From the NCBI RefSeq assembly GCF_009914755.1, contig NC_060931.1: a stretch of DNA of 64,000 bases; one strand, 5' to 3'. This document shows positions 50,409 through 64,000 of this stretch, piece after piece. Below the pieces are notes generated by a model. It saw only the letters and a list, made by a program, of their open reading frames with translations. It had not been told where the DNA came from and did not search any database. Both the position numbers and the translations under genes were made by a program. This stretch comes from the human T2T-CHM13v2.0 reference genome, Homo sapiens. Positions within the stretch are counted from its first letter, which is position 1. Every line of letters begins with the position of its first letter.

Positions 50409-52689
50409 TTTAATTTGTCTTCCAAAAACATAACATGGCATCCTACTAAGAAATACTTACTTTTCCTACCTAATTGTGAGATCCTTATTGTTACTTCTAT
50501 AAGTTTTCTTACAAATCCTACTTGTTCTGGCCAATTTTTCAGGGTGATGACCTATCTCAAGCTGGGTCAAAGACCATAATCCTTGCTGCAGGTGATAAAA
50601 ATGGGAAAGAGAAGCTAACCTAAGCTAGTCTGATAGAGGCCATTCTTCAGAGTTTTGACCTCGAAAGAGAGGGTCTGACTTTTAGCTCTTCTCTGTAGGT
50701 ACAGATGTGAGGCTTTAGAGAAATGGTTTCCATGATCTTGCTTTTGGAAGAATTCAATCTCCAATAGGGAGAATGAGATCACTTGGCAAAGGAGAAAAGC
50801 CCACACAAATGATAGAAAGAGAACACATGTCTTTCACAGTCTCAATTCCAGTTTTCTCTGAGGCCTAGGTAACATTTCTTTCTCATGGTTAGAATGGTTT
50901 GGCTCACTGCCACTTGAAACTGTAGGAATCAAGACTAGTTGAAATTACTATGCCTTATTTTCCTCTTTTGGTTTCTACTTGCCAGAAGATTGCATAACTA
51001 CTCAACAACTGCCTTTTAAATTAAAGAATGAGCTCTGTACTACATTTCAACTATTCTTTGAATAACTCTTAAACATTTGGATATCTGATATAGTATGAAC
51101 TTGCACTATCTCATCCAATCTGAGCTTTACCTGAAAGTTGGGGCTACTGCCTCAGAGGGACCAGATCATGTACTCTCTTTTGGAGTATATGAATAAGTTG
51201 TATAAAAATAACAGTATGAATAAATATTCTATGCAAAATGAATAAAGGGCCTCCAAATAAAGGAAGAAATTCAGGAGAGTGACATGAGACTATGTAAATA
51301 TAACCAGGAAGACAACAGAGAATAATATGTTGTTTGAGAAGAATTATAAAGGTTATTTTTGCCTTTTTCTTATTTCAACTCTATTTAGGGAATAAAAAAA
51401 TGCAATGAAGAAATAAGGCTACTGCTTGGGAATTGCAAATGTGAGCTCATTTTATTTTATCTTCTCTTAAACTATATATCATAAAGATATATGAGAGCTC
51501 AGAAATGCACCTGGGCAATAAACTATTAGGTTTCTGAAATGAGTTCAAGCCAGGGTATCAAAGAGCTTATTCAATTAGGACATAGTTACTAGCCCTCAAT
51601 CAGAGATTATGGATAATCAAGTTTGAAATAAAGACTGTTGACCCATTATTAACAACTGATAAAATAATAAATTTCAGAAATATTTCTAGTAATTTCTGTC
51701 AAAACATGTCATGAGAATTTTTAAAAGACTAGTTATCACTACCTGAAATAAATTAGTGAGCACTGGAAGTCAGCATAGGCACCCCAAGAACCCATTCAAT
51801 TGAGTTTCTAATCAGTCGGTAGAAACTGTTTCTTATATTCTCCACAATAGCCTTTTATTAATACAGATTGGAAAATAAATTTTCACCTTGTATTTTGGGG
51901 AGGTAGGAATTTAGAAAGTGAGTCCTGTCCTACCATGGGGAAGGGTTTTCAAGTGCACTGAGTGAACAAAAATATGCTCACTCTGATAGATTTTCAGTAG
52001 AAAGAAATTATTCTATTTTTATTCCACATAAAGTTTTTATTAGAAAAGGCTGCTTATTTTTATCTAATAGGTTTTCTGAATATATTACCATAATTATCTG
52101 ATCATCCCATTTATTTTGCTAGATTTCCTGTATCAGATCATTCTTGAAATTTTGCATTTGATATGTTGATAGATTCTTATTTTTTAAGAACTTTTTCTAT
52201 ATTCATAAGTAAAATTAGTCTATTATTTTGTTTTATACCACCTTCAATTTTGTGGTATTGGTGTCACTAGATTCGTAATCAAATGTGATATTTGTAGCAT
52301 CAGAATTATTTTTCTTATGAGTTATGTGGAACTCATCTGTGAAATAATCTGTGTACATCTTAAAATACTTTTGATCTGTGTTTAACTTCTGGTCATTTAA
52401 TTGTAATTAAAAAATCCGCTTTTTATTCTAAATTTTTAACTTTGTTAATAGGGATTCAGGTAATATTCAAAATGATGTCAATCTCAGAAGTTCCTCTGAT
52501 TTTGAGATGATCACATAATACAAGTCAGGGATTTAGCAACAGCCCAGAGCTTGTCATAGTACTAAAAGGATTTTTCAATTTGTAGGACTGCCAAAGCCTA
52601 CCACAAGGGAAGTACCAGTTTATAGAGGATGGGGTGGGAGGAATATTGAGGGAAGTAAAGATGAGAAATGGGGAAGGTAAAGTACTGAT

Positions 52690-52830
52690 GATATTTGTTA
52701 AGTGTCTGGATACAGCCATTCCTGAAGCAAAAACTACCTCCTGGAGTGTTCATTTACGTGAGCCAATACATTCTAATTGTTTTATGCCAACTTGAGTTGA
52801 ATTTCTTGTAAAGTCAAAGGATTTGGATTA
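52690..52830 (+). mobile_element. Old MLT1 (J/I-like) LTR fragment
   Basis: CTGGATACAGCCATTCCTGAAGC...TTACGTGAGCCAATACATTC...TTGAGTTGAATTTCT. Confidence 0.6.
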
Positions 52831-52894
52831 AAATATTCTTCCCTCTCTTTCTAGGAGAAAATAAATACATATTCCAGGCAAATGAAAAAATCAA

Positions 52895-55158
52895 TAATAT
52901 AGTTTGGCTGTGCCTCCACCCAAATCTAATCTTGAATTATAAGTCCCACAATTCCCATGTGTCATGAGAGGAACCCAGTGGGAGGTGACTGAATTAAGCG
53001 GCAGGTCTTTCCTGTGCTGTTCTTGTGATAGTGAATGAGTCTTATGAGATCTGATGGTCTTAAAAAGGGGAGTTTCCTTGCACAAGCTCTCTCTTTGCCT
53101 GCCCTCATCCATGTAATATGTGAATTGCTCCTCCTTGTCTTCCACCACAATTGTGAGGCCTCCCATGCCATGTGGAACTATAAGTCCATTAAACCTCTTT
53201 TTATTCCCAGTCTCTGGTATGTCTTTATCAGCAGCATGAAAATGAACTAATACAGTAAATTGGTACCAGTAGAGTGGGGTGCTGCTCAAAAGATACCTGA
53301 AAATATGGAAGTGACTTTGGAACTGGGTAACAGGCAGAGGTTGGAACAGTTTGGAGGGCACAGAAGAAGACAGGAAAATATGGAAAAGTTTGGAATTTCC
53401 TAGAGACTTGTTGAATGGCTTTGACAAAAATAATGATAGTGATATGAACAATAACTTCCAGGCTGAGGTGGTCTCAGATGGAGATGAGGAACTTGTTGGG
53501 AACTGGAGCAAAGGTAACTCTTCTTATGTTTTTGCAAAGAGACTGGCAGCATTTTGCCCATGCCCTAGAGATTCGTGAACTTTGAACTTGAGAAAGATGA
53601 TTTAGGGTATCTGGCAGAAAAAATTTCTAAGCAGCAAAGCATTCAATAGGTGACTTGGGTACTGTTAAAGGCATTCAGTTTTATAAAGGAAGCAGAGCCT
53701 AAAAGTTCAGAAAATTTGCAGCCTGACAATGCAATAGAGAAGAAAATCCCATTTTCTAAGGACAAATTCAAGCTGGCTTCAGAAATTTGCATAAGTAATG
53801 AGGAGCCAAATGTTAATCCCCAAGACAGTGAAGAAAATGTCTCTAGGGCATGTCAGACGTCTCTACGGCAGCCCCTCCCATCACAGACCAGAGGCCTAGG
53901 AGGAAGAAATGGTTTCATAGGCCAGGCCCTGGGTCCCTGTGCTGCGTGCCATCTAGGGACTTGGTGCCCTGCATCCCAGCCACTCCAGCCATGACTAAAA
54001 GGGGCCCAGGTACAGCTCCAGCTGTGGCTTCAGAGGGTGCAAGCCTCAAGCCTTGGCAGCTTCCATGTGGTGTTGAGCCTGCAGGTGCACAGAAGTGAAG
54101 AACTGAGCTTCAGGAACCTCCACCTGGATTTCAGAGGATGTGTGGAAATGCCTGGATGTCCAGACAGAAGTTTGCTGCAGGGGTGGAGCTCTCATAGAGA
54201 ACATCTGCTAGCCCAGTGTAGAACGGAAATGTGGAATCAAAGCCCTCACACAGAGTCCCTACTGGCGCACCGCCTAGTAGAGTATGAAAAGAAGGCCACA
54301 ATCCTCCAGACCCCAGAATGGTAGATAACACTGACAGTTTGTACCATGTGCCTGGAAAAGCCATAGATACTCAACACCAGCCCATAAAGGCAGCCAGGAG
54401 GGAGGCTGTACCCTTAACAGCCATGGGGCAAAGGTGCCCGAGACCATGGGAACCCATCTCTTGGATCAGCATGACCTGATGTCAAAGGAGATCATTTTGA
54501 AGCTTTAAGATTTGATTGCCCTGCTAGAGTTAAGATTTGCATGGGGCCTGTAGCCCCTTTGTTTTGGCCAATTTCATCCATTTGGAACAGCTGTATTTAC
54601 CCAGTGCCTGTATCACCATTGTATCTAGGAAGAAACTAACTTGCTTTTGATTTTACAGGCTCCTAGGTGGAAGGGCCTTGCCTTGTCTTTGATATGATGT
54701 TGGACTGTGGACTTTTGAGTTAATGCTGAAATGAGTTAAGACTTTGAGAAACCGTTGGGAAGGCATGATTGGTTTTGAAATGTGAAGACATGGGATTTGG
54801 AAGGGGCTGGGGTGGAATTATATGGTTTGGTTGCATCCCCACCCAAATCTCATCTTGAATTGTAAATTCCACAATCCCCCTGTGTCATGGGAGGAACCCA
54901 GTGGGCGGGTCTTTCCTGTGCTGTTCTCGTGAGAGTGAATGAGTCTCATAAGATCTGATGTTTTTAAAAAGGGTAGTTTCCCTACACAAGCTCTCTCTTT
55001 GCCTAACTCCATCCATGTAAGACGTGACTTGCTTCTCCTTGCCTTCTGCCATGATTCTGAGTCCTCCCCAGCCATGTGGAATTGTAAATCCATTAAACCT
55101 CTTTTTCTTCCCAGTCTCAGGTATGTCTTCATCAGCAGCATGAAAATGGACTAATACA
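52895..55158 (+). mobile_element. THE1 (likely THE1A) full-length MaLR provirus: LTR 52895-53254, internal 53255-54817, LTR 54818-55158
   Basis: Paired LTRs (T.ATAT.GTTTGG...ACTAATACA), MaLR internal ORF relic and TSD ATCAA/ATCAG. Confidence 0.96.
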
Positions 55159-58124
55159 ATCAGTTATAAAGAACCTCTCTTATGTACATAAGAAAAATAT
55201 TGTCAAATAATACAACCAGTTAGATCCAAATGATTTCTGATAATATGACTGTGACATTTACAGAAATTTTTATTCAAAGATTCTTAAGAGAAATTTTTGT
55301 ATAAATTAAAATATTGTAGCTAGTAGAGTGATGTTATACCAGAACTATTGTTAAAAAATAATAGAGGCTTAATTAAGCATACATGCAAACTGAAAGGGTG
55401 GATAAAATTCAGTATTAGTGGGTGGACATACAGGAGAGAGAAGGATGCTGAGAGAGTCCCTGGGAATAGGAGGGATTTACAATTAAAGCACTGCTGGGGG
55501 AATGAACCTCAGGGCAATGGGGAGAAGAACACAGGGGTGGCCCACATAGGCAAGTATATAGTGTCATATGCCAGTGAGAATGGCGCTGTCTAATGGCTTC
55601 AATATTCGGTGACATAATCTGCAGGGTCAGAGCATATATGTGGAGACTGAAGTTGAGGGAGAATGGAGGATATCTGAAACAGTGATGATGAAGAGCTATC
55701 TACACAGCCAATGTAGAATGTTCCCTTGATGTTGCTTTCCCTGTCATAATGGTCAGTAATCAATCCTATTGTGTAATGCTCTTCAATAAACTTAACTGCT
55801 GTAGGGCAGGTACAGGAAAAGCAGGTTCTTGGGATCATCCAGACCTGGAGAAATTCAGAAGTGGAGGGAAAGTATAAAAGCCTAGAGGTAAGGAATTCTA
55901 GATTTTTGGCAGAAGGGTAATTCGTTGAATAATGGGTCATGGTATGTCAGTAAATGAGGAAAGTGAAGAAAGAAGGTTGACATTTTTTTTTCAAATGTAG
56001 ATGTTTCTGATAGCTGTAAGATATAAAATCACTTACAAAAAATACACATTTTTTAACAGCCTTAATTACAATCTTATTTAGAGCAACCTGTGTTTTGATT
56101 AGGTATTGTTTAGAGAAAGATAATTTAACGAGATCGTTTATTCTTGAGTAAGATTTCTGAAATAATTGAAAGGAAGAGGAAGATAAAACCTTGTGGTGCC
56201 TGGTGATATAGCACTTTATGTTCTGCTCAAGTTCAAAAGATAACTTTTTTAAAGTTCTGAATTTGAAAATATGATTTCAAAATACTTAAAAAATTTCTGT
56301 CTTTGCAATTACATTTAAAATGTTGCTTCTTCCTAACTGTATATTTTTGAATAAAAGATGTTGTATTAGCTTCCCCAAGGTTCTCTCTTTCTTAAGCTAA
56401 TCAGTGGGATTCAAGTGAAATTAGGTGAATAAACAATTAAAACTACTTAACTGTATCAATATAAATAAAAATACCTAAAGTGCTATTCACCTTAAAAGTA
56501 TTTCCAGAAAAACCGCAAGGGTTTTTATCATATGACCTCTAATTGAATTATTGTGCTCACTCTTATTCAGGTTAACCAGTTGAAAATTTTCTTAGAACCA
56601 CTTTGTATTAAAATATTTCTGTAATACATAAATAAGGCTAATAAGAGCAATACTGTAAAGGCATTACTCTAATTAAAAAATTCTATGGCTACTGAGAGTT
56701 AAGAATACATAATTTTATCAATTAACGTTAAATGTTTACGAACTTAGTAATGGGATAGTGAGCTCCATTTGGAATTCCTTCCTGTCTAAATATTTACCAT
56801 TATTAAGGTGAATCTCAGTGTGATGACTAACTTTTTCAGACTTGCTCAGTAATTTACAATATATTATTGCATCAATGACTTGAGCACTGCGGGAAATCAA
56901 GTTTAATCAGTATATTTTGTGCTAGGAAAAACAAATGCTAAGCTTTATCTCCCTTTAGCATAGCATGTGCTTACTAGAAATGCTCAATTAAGAACTTTGA
57001 AAATTGTTGGTCATGCTTCTAATTTGATGCAGCCTCTAAAGACCAGTATGCAAGAGTCTTTGAAATTAATATATTGCTGAGAAAATAAAATTCTTCTTCA
57101 TTTGGGCTAGGAAAATGTGTTTTATTTGTTTTCCTACCATTCTTTACCAGAGGAAGGTTTTCCTTTCCCTTCAATATTACCTAAATATTTTGCAATCAGA
57201 TAAATAAAATGATAAAATGAGATGTTAGGGCAATATAAAAAAAACACAATATTGCAATTTGTCTAACACGATTTTTTTTTTTTTTTGCAGTTTGTTACCT
57301 CTCTTACATATTTTCTAACTAAGATTTTTCTATTGCCTCTAAAAGTATGTCCAGTATTATTTTCTCCTCTGTAAGGGATTAAAATAACAATTTAAGAAGA
57401 AGGAATTAGGGAGTCTGAGAAATACAATTGGTCTTTCTAACCTCCCTTCTTCTTTCTTCCACCATTTACTCAAAATATTTCAAACTTTCAAACCATGATA
57501 TTATAAGATATATAAAGGCCTACTTTATTCATTCAGGTAGATTAAAGGAGATGGAGTATGGGGCCAATTGTTTATTACGGAAATTCTGACGTAGTAGTTG
57601 TAGTTCTTGTTACTCTTTTTCCATGCTTTTATACTTCTAATTTTTAAAATCCATAACTCTTTCAGCTTTGAATGGCTCAAAATGTACCTGCCACTTTTGC
57701 TTTTAAGTATATCAAATTCCCAGTGATTTGTCAAGATATGTGTATCCATTTAGCAACAAATAAATTTCATAGAGGCCACAAAATATAGAGGCACCATTTG
57801 TGAATGAGGGATAAGATAACATGAGGTTCTTGCAGTTGTTCTAGAACATGGCTATTAGATGTTCTAACCACAGCTGAAGCATTAAATATTACATGGTCAT
57901 TTTTTTTTCTACCCAGGGGCAGCCTCTAGGCTAAATGTTTTTTATTTTGACATTTCCTTTGCAGTTCTATGTTTAGCAAGTAAAAAGTAAAACATAAGAT
58001 AGTTTGGCAAGTGTCACAAATTAATAAGTAAAATACCATTAAATAAAGACCTGATTTGAATACAGAGTCCTTCACTCTTAGGCAGGTAACCCTTTGGTAA
58101 ATTTTTCAATATCTGGAAACTTGA

Positions 58125-58870
58125 CTTATTTACTCAACACCTGTTAAACACTTACTCTCTGCAAAATTCTCTTATGGGTGATATAGATACTGCAGTGAAT
58201 CTGCCTTTATGAAGCTCACATTCCAGTTGGGGCAGACAGGCATTAAAAAGGGTGAAAAATACATGAAATTTAGATAATAAGTGTAAGTCAAAAAACAAAA
58301 ACAAAAACAACATAGGAGACAAGAACTAATATAGGAGGACTAATATTTTAGATAGTGTGTGCCAGAAAGGCCCTTCTCAGAGGTGACTTTTGCGTAAACA
58401 TGACTTGCCGATATCCAGGGGAAAAGCTTTCCAAATAAAGGAAATAGATGTCCAACAACTCTGAGATGAGATCAATACTGGTATATTCAGGGAGCAGCAA
58501 GAGGCCCATGTGGCCAGTACACTATGAAGAGTATTAGGAGATAAAAAGAGGAAAATAGAGAATCATCAGGGAACTGGATTAGGGAGCACCTTGGAGGTTA
58601 TGAGAAACCATGAAGGCTTTGAGCTTTGGCATGACAGGATAACTTACATTTTTATTTTTTTTTTAGAATGACACAACCTACTAGAATGAAAATAGAGTGA
58701 AGGTAGGCTAGTCCTGAAATAAGGAAACTGATTAGAAGGCATTGCAATAATCAAGGATAAAGATGGTGCCTTGGACCAGGGCAGTGGTGGTGGTGACAGG
58801 TAATCAAAGATTGGGTCTATTTTGAAGAAACCTCAATCAAATCCTACTGAAGTTAATTAGATTTGCAAGA
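58125..58870 (-). mobile_element. L2 3' portion, flanked by MIR-like pieces
   Basis: TTATTTACTCAACACCTGTTAAACACTTACTCTGC...CTGCCTTTATGAAGCTCACATTCCAG...AGAAAGGCCCTTCTCAGAGGTGACTTTTG. Confidence 0.8.
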
Positions 58871-61800
58871 CTATTGTGTTTTTGAGAGAATGAGAAAAAT
58901 CACATAGCTTCAGTCTCTTCACCTTAAAAAAAAAAAAGTATATCATTTGCTCATTTGCCTTGTGGGTTGTTGTAGAAACATATTATAAAAATTAAATAAA
59001 TGGTAGTTATTATTTGAGCTATTTGCACTAGTTATATTTAGACTATGCCAAAGACTGAACATGCCATTTTATAACATAGCTTTTAGGAAGTAATACTTCC
59101 GTTCTGAGAGCAGGAGAACCTCTAATTAGCTCTTTATGCTCAAGAAACATTTCTTCTTCTATATTTATATGATTTTGATTAGTAAAGGTTATGATCTGTA
59201 GAGATCCAAGTGACTCTTCATAATTGAGCCTTTTATCCATGGAAGGCGTCTCATCCAGTCACTTTCCATTTGGTTGAACATCTTGAGGAAGAGTCCCTTT
59301 CACTGGTGAACATAGTGAACTATTCAGTTCTGCCTCAGCATGCTCAATCTAGAAATCCCAAGGAATAGGAGGTGACATCGACCATGAAGAGCTGCCTTAT
59401 TCTTATAAATTTTAAGTGCATTTTGTAGCAAGTTAAAGCAGGGTGTTTTGATGCTTTTTGTCATAATAAGGAATTCCCCACACATCCCCTACATTTTTAG
59501 GAAAAAGTGTCTAAGTCCTAAATATGTGCTAAAATCCATCTACAGAAATCTATCAACAACTAAATGAATAGATAATTTTCTCCACACTGAAATGTGAAAA
59601 GCTTGATGCATTCCAAATATTTTTGCTTGATATATACAATTTGATAAGGAGAATCTACAGTTGCTATTACAAAGCTAGGCTTTCAGAGATAAAGAAGAGT
59701 TAACCGAGGGATGTTGGAGCAATAGAGATGAATTGGGCTTTGCTATCCTGTATCTAATAGAGCCAAGATTGCTCCTTAGATTGAGAAAAAAAGTCAGCCT
59801 TCTTCAGGGACACTAGACAGCTCAGGGCTAGAAATTTGAAACTTATTCAGTGCCAGGAATATAGAAAATAATAATTAGAATTGAAGGCAGAACTGAGTTT
59901 AATTAGATATTAGGCAGGGTAAGTACTGAACAGGGTCAGGTGTTCTTCAGAAATAACTCTGGATCTCTCCAATTAGATATACTACCCTGCCCCCCAACCA
60001 GGTGCTCTCATAACTTGATGTACTTGTCCTTTTTAGAGTAACAAATTTACATTTATTTTGTTATTTGATCAATATTGCTTACTTCCAATCCATTCTAGGT
60101 CTATAATTTCCCCTAAGGCTGGTTTAGATCCCCATTATGAACTAAGAATAAGCACAATACATGGCACATATAACTCAATCACTTATGGAAGAAAGTGAGG
60201 AAGAGATAAAAAAGAAAAACAGGTCATCAACATTTAAGCAAATTAAATGAAGACCATCCTGAGATATAGCTGGGGATTCACATAATCTCTAACATAGACA
60301 TCTTTGGAAAATGGACTTTTCTTACACCCCTTCACTATTTTAAAATCTAACTGCTCTCATTCTTTACTCCTTCCCATGTCTATTGACCAAATTGTTCATC
60401 TTGTTGTATTTGGGTGTTATAGATCATGTTGTCAATGACCTATGAAAAGCAAATGACCTTATTTTCAACTTTCTATACTTTAGTTTCTTCTCTGAAATAT
60501 CCCTTTTGTCTGAAACTCTTCCTTTCTTCAAATCCAAGGGAACATCTTCACTTCCTTTCAATTTCATAAATTTACCTAAATTATTTCCAGGTTTCCTGGA
60601 AACTCTAATATTCACCCATTCTCATAATTATTTTTGATAGGATATGAAGTAAATGTCAGTTTATTTTTCTGCTTATAATTTTGCAACTTAAGTTATATCA
60701 ATAGTTTAAGAATTATACAACACTTATCTACCAAAATATTACCCAACTTTGTGTGAAGAACATTGGTAAAAGCTTCCTACAGATTATTAATAAATGCCAA
60801 CTAATAATATTACGCTGATGAAAGGGAACAAATGCCAAATGACAACTCAACAGCCATCCTAAATTATATTAAAATTTGAATATAAATAGATGTTCAAATG
60901 CAAAATAGATAATTTTTATCCGCATATATTTACTGGTTAGGCTTTTTTGAAATTACAATTATAAAGTAGGCAAACTTGGTTATAAGCATTTCTTATCTGA
61001 TATATTAGTGTTTTTTTATTATTTTTCTTACAAGCACCTATTATAGTAATGTTCTCTATTTTCCATTTAAATTTAAATTGGATTTAAATTTTCCATTTAA
61101 ATCCAAAATTCAAAGCAAAACAAAATACTTTTAATATAAATTACACTAAGGAGTAGAAAATTATATTACACAGTTTGTTGCATCACCCACATATAGTAAA
61201 AATAATAAAACTAGTAACTCTTCTTCTTTGAAATGCCATCTATCACTAGGTTGCAGATGAGGTAGAGGTGGACTTATTCCTGATTTCAAAATCTTACCAT
61301 TATTCTCCTTCTTATTAAACTAACTTTTATGACTGATATAAGTGGTTAAACACAAAATAAATCACCAGCTCATTTGTAGCTATCATTTGCATGGTACCCA
61401 GGGAATCCCACACTATTCAATGGAAGACATGTGTAGCGATCTAAATAAGTGTAAAAATGGTAATTCTTCTGGGGTGCAAAGGAAATGAGTGACCTAAAGA
61501 GAATTTTTGTTTTTCTACTATATTACTTGTAGTTGACAATTCTTTTAATATTTGATATGTAGATAATTACATATTATTGGCACTTTGAAGATTGATTTTT
61601 ACTATTAACAGAAAAATTATTTTAATAATAATCTGTGTTTTGTTCATGTAATATTATTTTGAGTAAAGGATTTCCAAGGGCATTTTATTTTTGTAAATGT
61701 CCTTTGAAGTTTTGTAAATGCCTTTTGTAAATGCCTCTTGAAATAAAGATCCCCTTTACAGCAAAGAAGACTTTAAAGAAGAAACTATGTTTTGACTGCC

Positions 61801-62888
61801 ACAAAATTTGAAATTCTGCTAATTAACCTAGAAACAGAAAATATAGCTTACTGTTATGGAATCTATTTTTACACACACATACCTACACAGTATAATATTA
61901 CAAGATTTTTGGAATGACTATGTGCAATTATTTGGACTTTCTGAAATATCATGAGCTCTACAAGAAACAATACATGTTTATAATCATATCTGTTAATAAT
62001 TTCTGTTCCTTTCTCCAAATGCACTCTCTTGGTTCTGGGTTTCTGATCATTTGGGGGAATGTCTATAATGTTAGTGGCTCAGCAGGATCATAAATAAATA
62101 AAAGACTAAGGCAAGAATAAATGGCATTGATTATTATTGTACATTCCTAATAATTTTATAATATATATTCAGAAACACGTGTTTGAGGATGTACCTAACT
62201 TTATATGTCTGAATAATACTTACTCATACTCAAGCAATATTCCAAGTGTAGCAAAACCGTTACACTTTGGAAAGAACTGAAACCAATATAAAAACAAAAT
62301 TTCATATAACTTAAGTACAATAATAAAAGTGAAACATATTGAGACCGTTAAACTTTGAAGATTTTTTTTTCAGAAATTAAAAGCTATAACCTATGGATTA
62401 AGTTTATACCTGAAAAAGAGTGTATTTCTTCTATTTGTCTTTGTGTTGCATCCTAAAGGATTGGACGATATAACCAAATGGCTCCAAATATACTTCAGAT
62501 ATGAGTAGGACCCATTTAATGATGCCTGAGGCCTGGAGTCAATATAACACTGTGATTTTAGCCACATGATTGTTTCTTCATTGGGTTAATTTACAAAGCC
62601 TCATCAGAACAGTCAAAGAAATGGCAGAAGCTGGGGATAGATGGAATAGGACAAAGATATCTAGACAGGATGTAGGTCTGGCAAGTCTTGATGAGCTGTC
62701 AAGCTATCTAAATCACTCTGATCAAAATCTGGGTGGACACACAAAGAAGCTTGATCTATAGGCAGAGCACAGCAGATGGATTTTCTCAACTGTAGCAATG
62801 CCCTGAGTTATGTGAGGAGTATGATTCTAGGAGATTTGCACAGCCAGTGAGAATCTGTTGCCAGTCTCAGGGAGTGGGAGTGGGAAGC

Positions 62889-62919
62889 AGAATCTTAGAA
62901 TCCTTAGAATCTTAGAATC
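62889..62919. repeat. Short tandem repeat (AGAATCTT)x~4
   Basis: AGAATCTT AGAATCCTT AGAATCTT AGAATC. Confidence 0.85.
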
Positions 62920-64000
62920 AGCAAGCTGATTGAATTTCAAGAGAAAGCTCAAATCCTAGGAGGACCAACCATAGTGAAGTCAAGATACTGAAAGAGAGGT
63001 TAAATGGTACAGTGTAAACCATACTATAGGTTTAAGCAGAAGTCTACAGAAAATAACTCTCACCCCAGGCACATTGGATACCAGATTATATCAGATTTTT
63101 CAGGTATTGGCTGCTAATAATATTTCCCACTGTGGCAAGTGTTTACAGTGGTAAGCATGGAAAATTGGTTTCAGTGACACCAGCAAATCAGCTTATTCCA
63201 TTAGTATTAGAACTCTAAACAATTATATTTATACTTCCAGATCTGACTTAGATTTTTGTATCAACAAGGTCAGGTATGAAGGATACATTGCTGACACTGA
63301 TTTCTTAATGTCTATAAATGTCTTCAAATGTTTAGATAACAATAGTAATACACACACACACATATTTAACTACCTACATAGATATAAAACAAACCATCTT
63401 CTTTAAAACAAATGAGTTCTCTAAAATAATTACTATTTATATGATTTCTATTTTTCACATTTTTGTTCTATTCGGACTGGATTTTTACTTCTTCAATAAA
63501 ATGTTATTTATTACTGGTTTCTAATAAGTAAAAATACTATGGTGAAAAACTGCAGCATGACAATTTCTATAAATAATCATTTATAAAATAATATTACTGA
63601 AAGAAAAAGACAAATATGGACTTTGAAAAATTGCCCTGTAGCTCTTTTTATTTCAAGGGGACAGACTGTTTCTGTACATGGTTTCATTTTCCTTGAACTT
63701 TCTTTAGGTTAATCTTTCCAAATCAAGTAACCCTGTTCAGCATTCATTCTGTAAGTTTAGAATATGCTCGTCAAAATCAAAGCTCTTTTGAAAAATCGAA
63801 GCTGCCTTTGTTGGGGAACATTCATAAATTGACATGTTTTCTATGTTTGAGATTTTCTACTTTCTTCCCTTTCACCTGCACACTTCAAGATTTATTACAG
63901 ATTGTCAGAAGAAATGATTGCCTTCCTAGTTTTATAGAACTCCAAATAAGAAATCTAATTTGTTGTTTCTCTTGGATCCCTGGTTAAAGTTTCTGAATAG

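Noticed and set aside
55599-55940. 113-aa minus-strand ORF
   Set aside because: Only a faint resemblance to an L2 endonuclease relic. Not supportable as a gene or as a confident repeat call.
56508-56526. AAAAACC-GCAAG-GGTTTTT hairpin resembling a bacterial intrinsic terminator
   Set aside because: The stem is only 7 bp and A/T-rich, the context is primate, and there is no upstream gene. Expected by chance.
61689-61742. TTTTGTAAATG(T/C)C repeated three times
   Set aside because: Ordinary short slippage repeat with no further structure.

Overview
64 kb of AT-rich, CpG-depleted primate genomic DNA (human-like: Alu J/S/Y, L1PA/PB/MA, THE1, MST, MIR, L2), either intergenic or deep intronic. I can support no intact protein-coding gene, RNA gene, CpG island or CRISPR array. 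The recognisable ORFs in the track are translations of Alu, L1, MaLR-internal or L2 sequence. The window is a layered transposon landscape: two THE1 (MaLR) proviruses; an internally deleted L1MA with a tandem-repeat 5' UTR; several solo LTRs with clean target-site duplications (TSDs); a twin-primed L1PB inside an ERV1 LTR; hAT and Tigger fossils; and a Ricksha-like Mutator element with a 9-bp TSD, an ERVL LTR and a decayed FLYWCH-type zinc-finger frame. The least explained features are a ~115-bp dispersed direct duplication, two perfect hairpins and a few strong + strand splice signals. Family names are from memory of consensus sequences, not a database search. I did not find convincing evidence of a new biological system.
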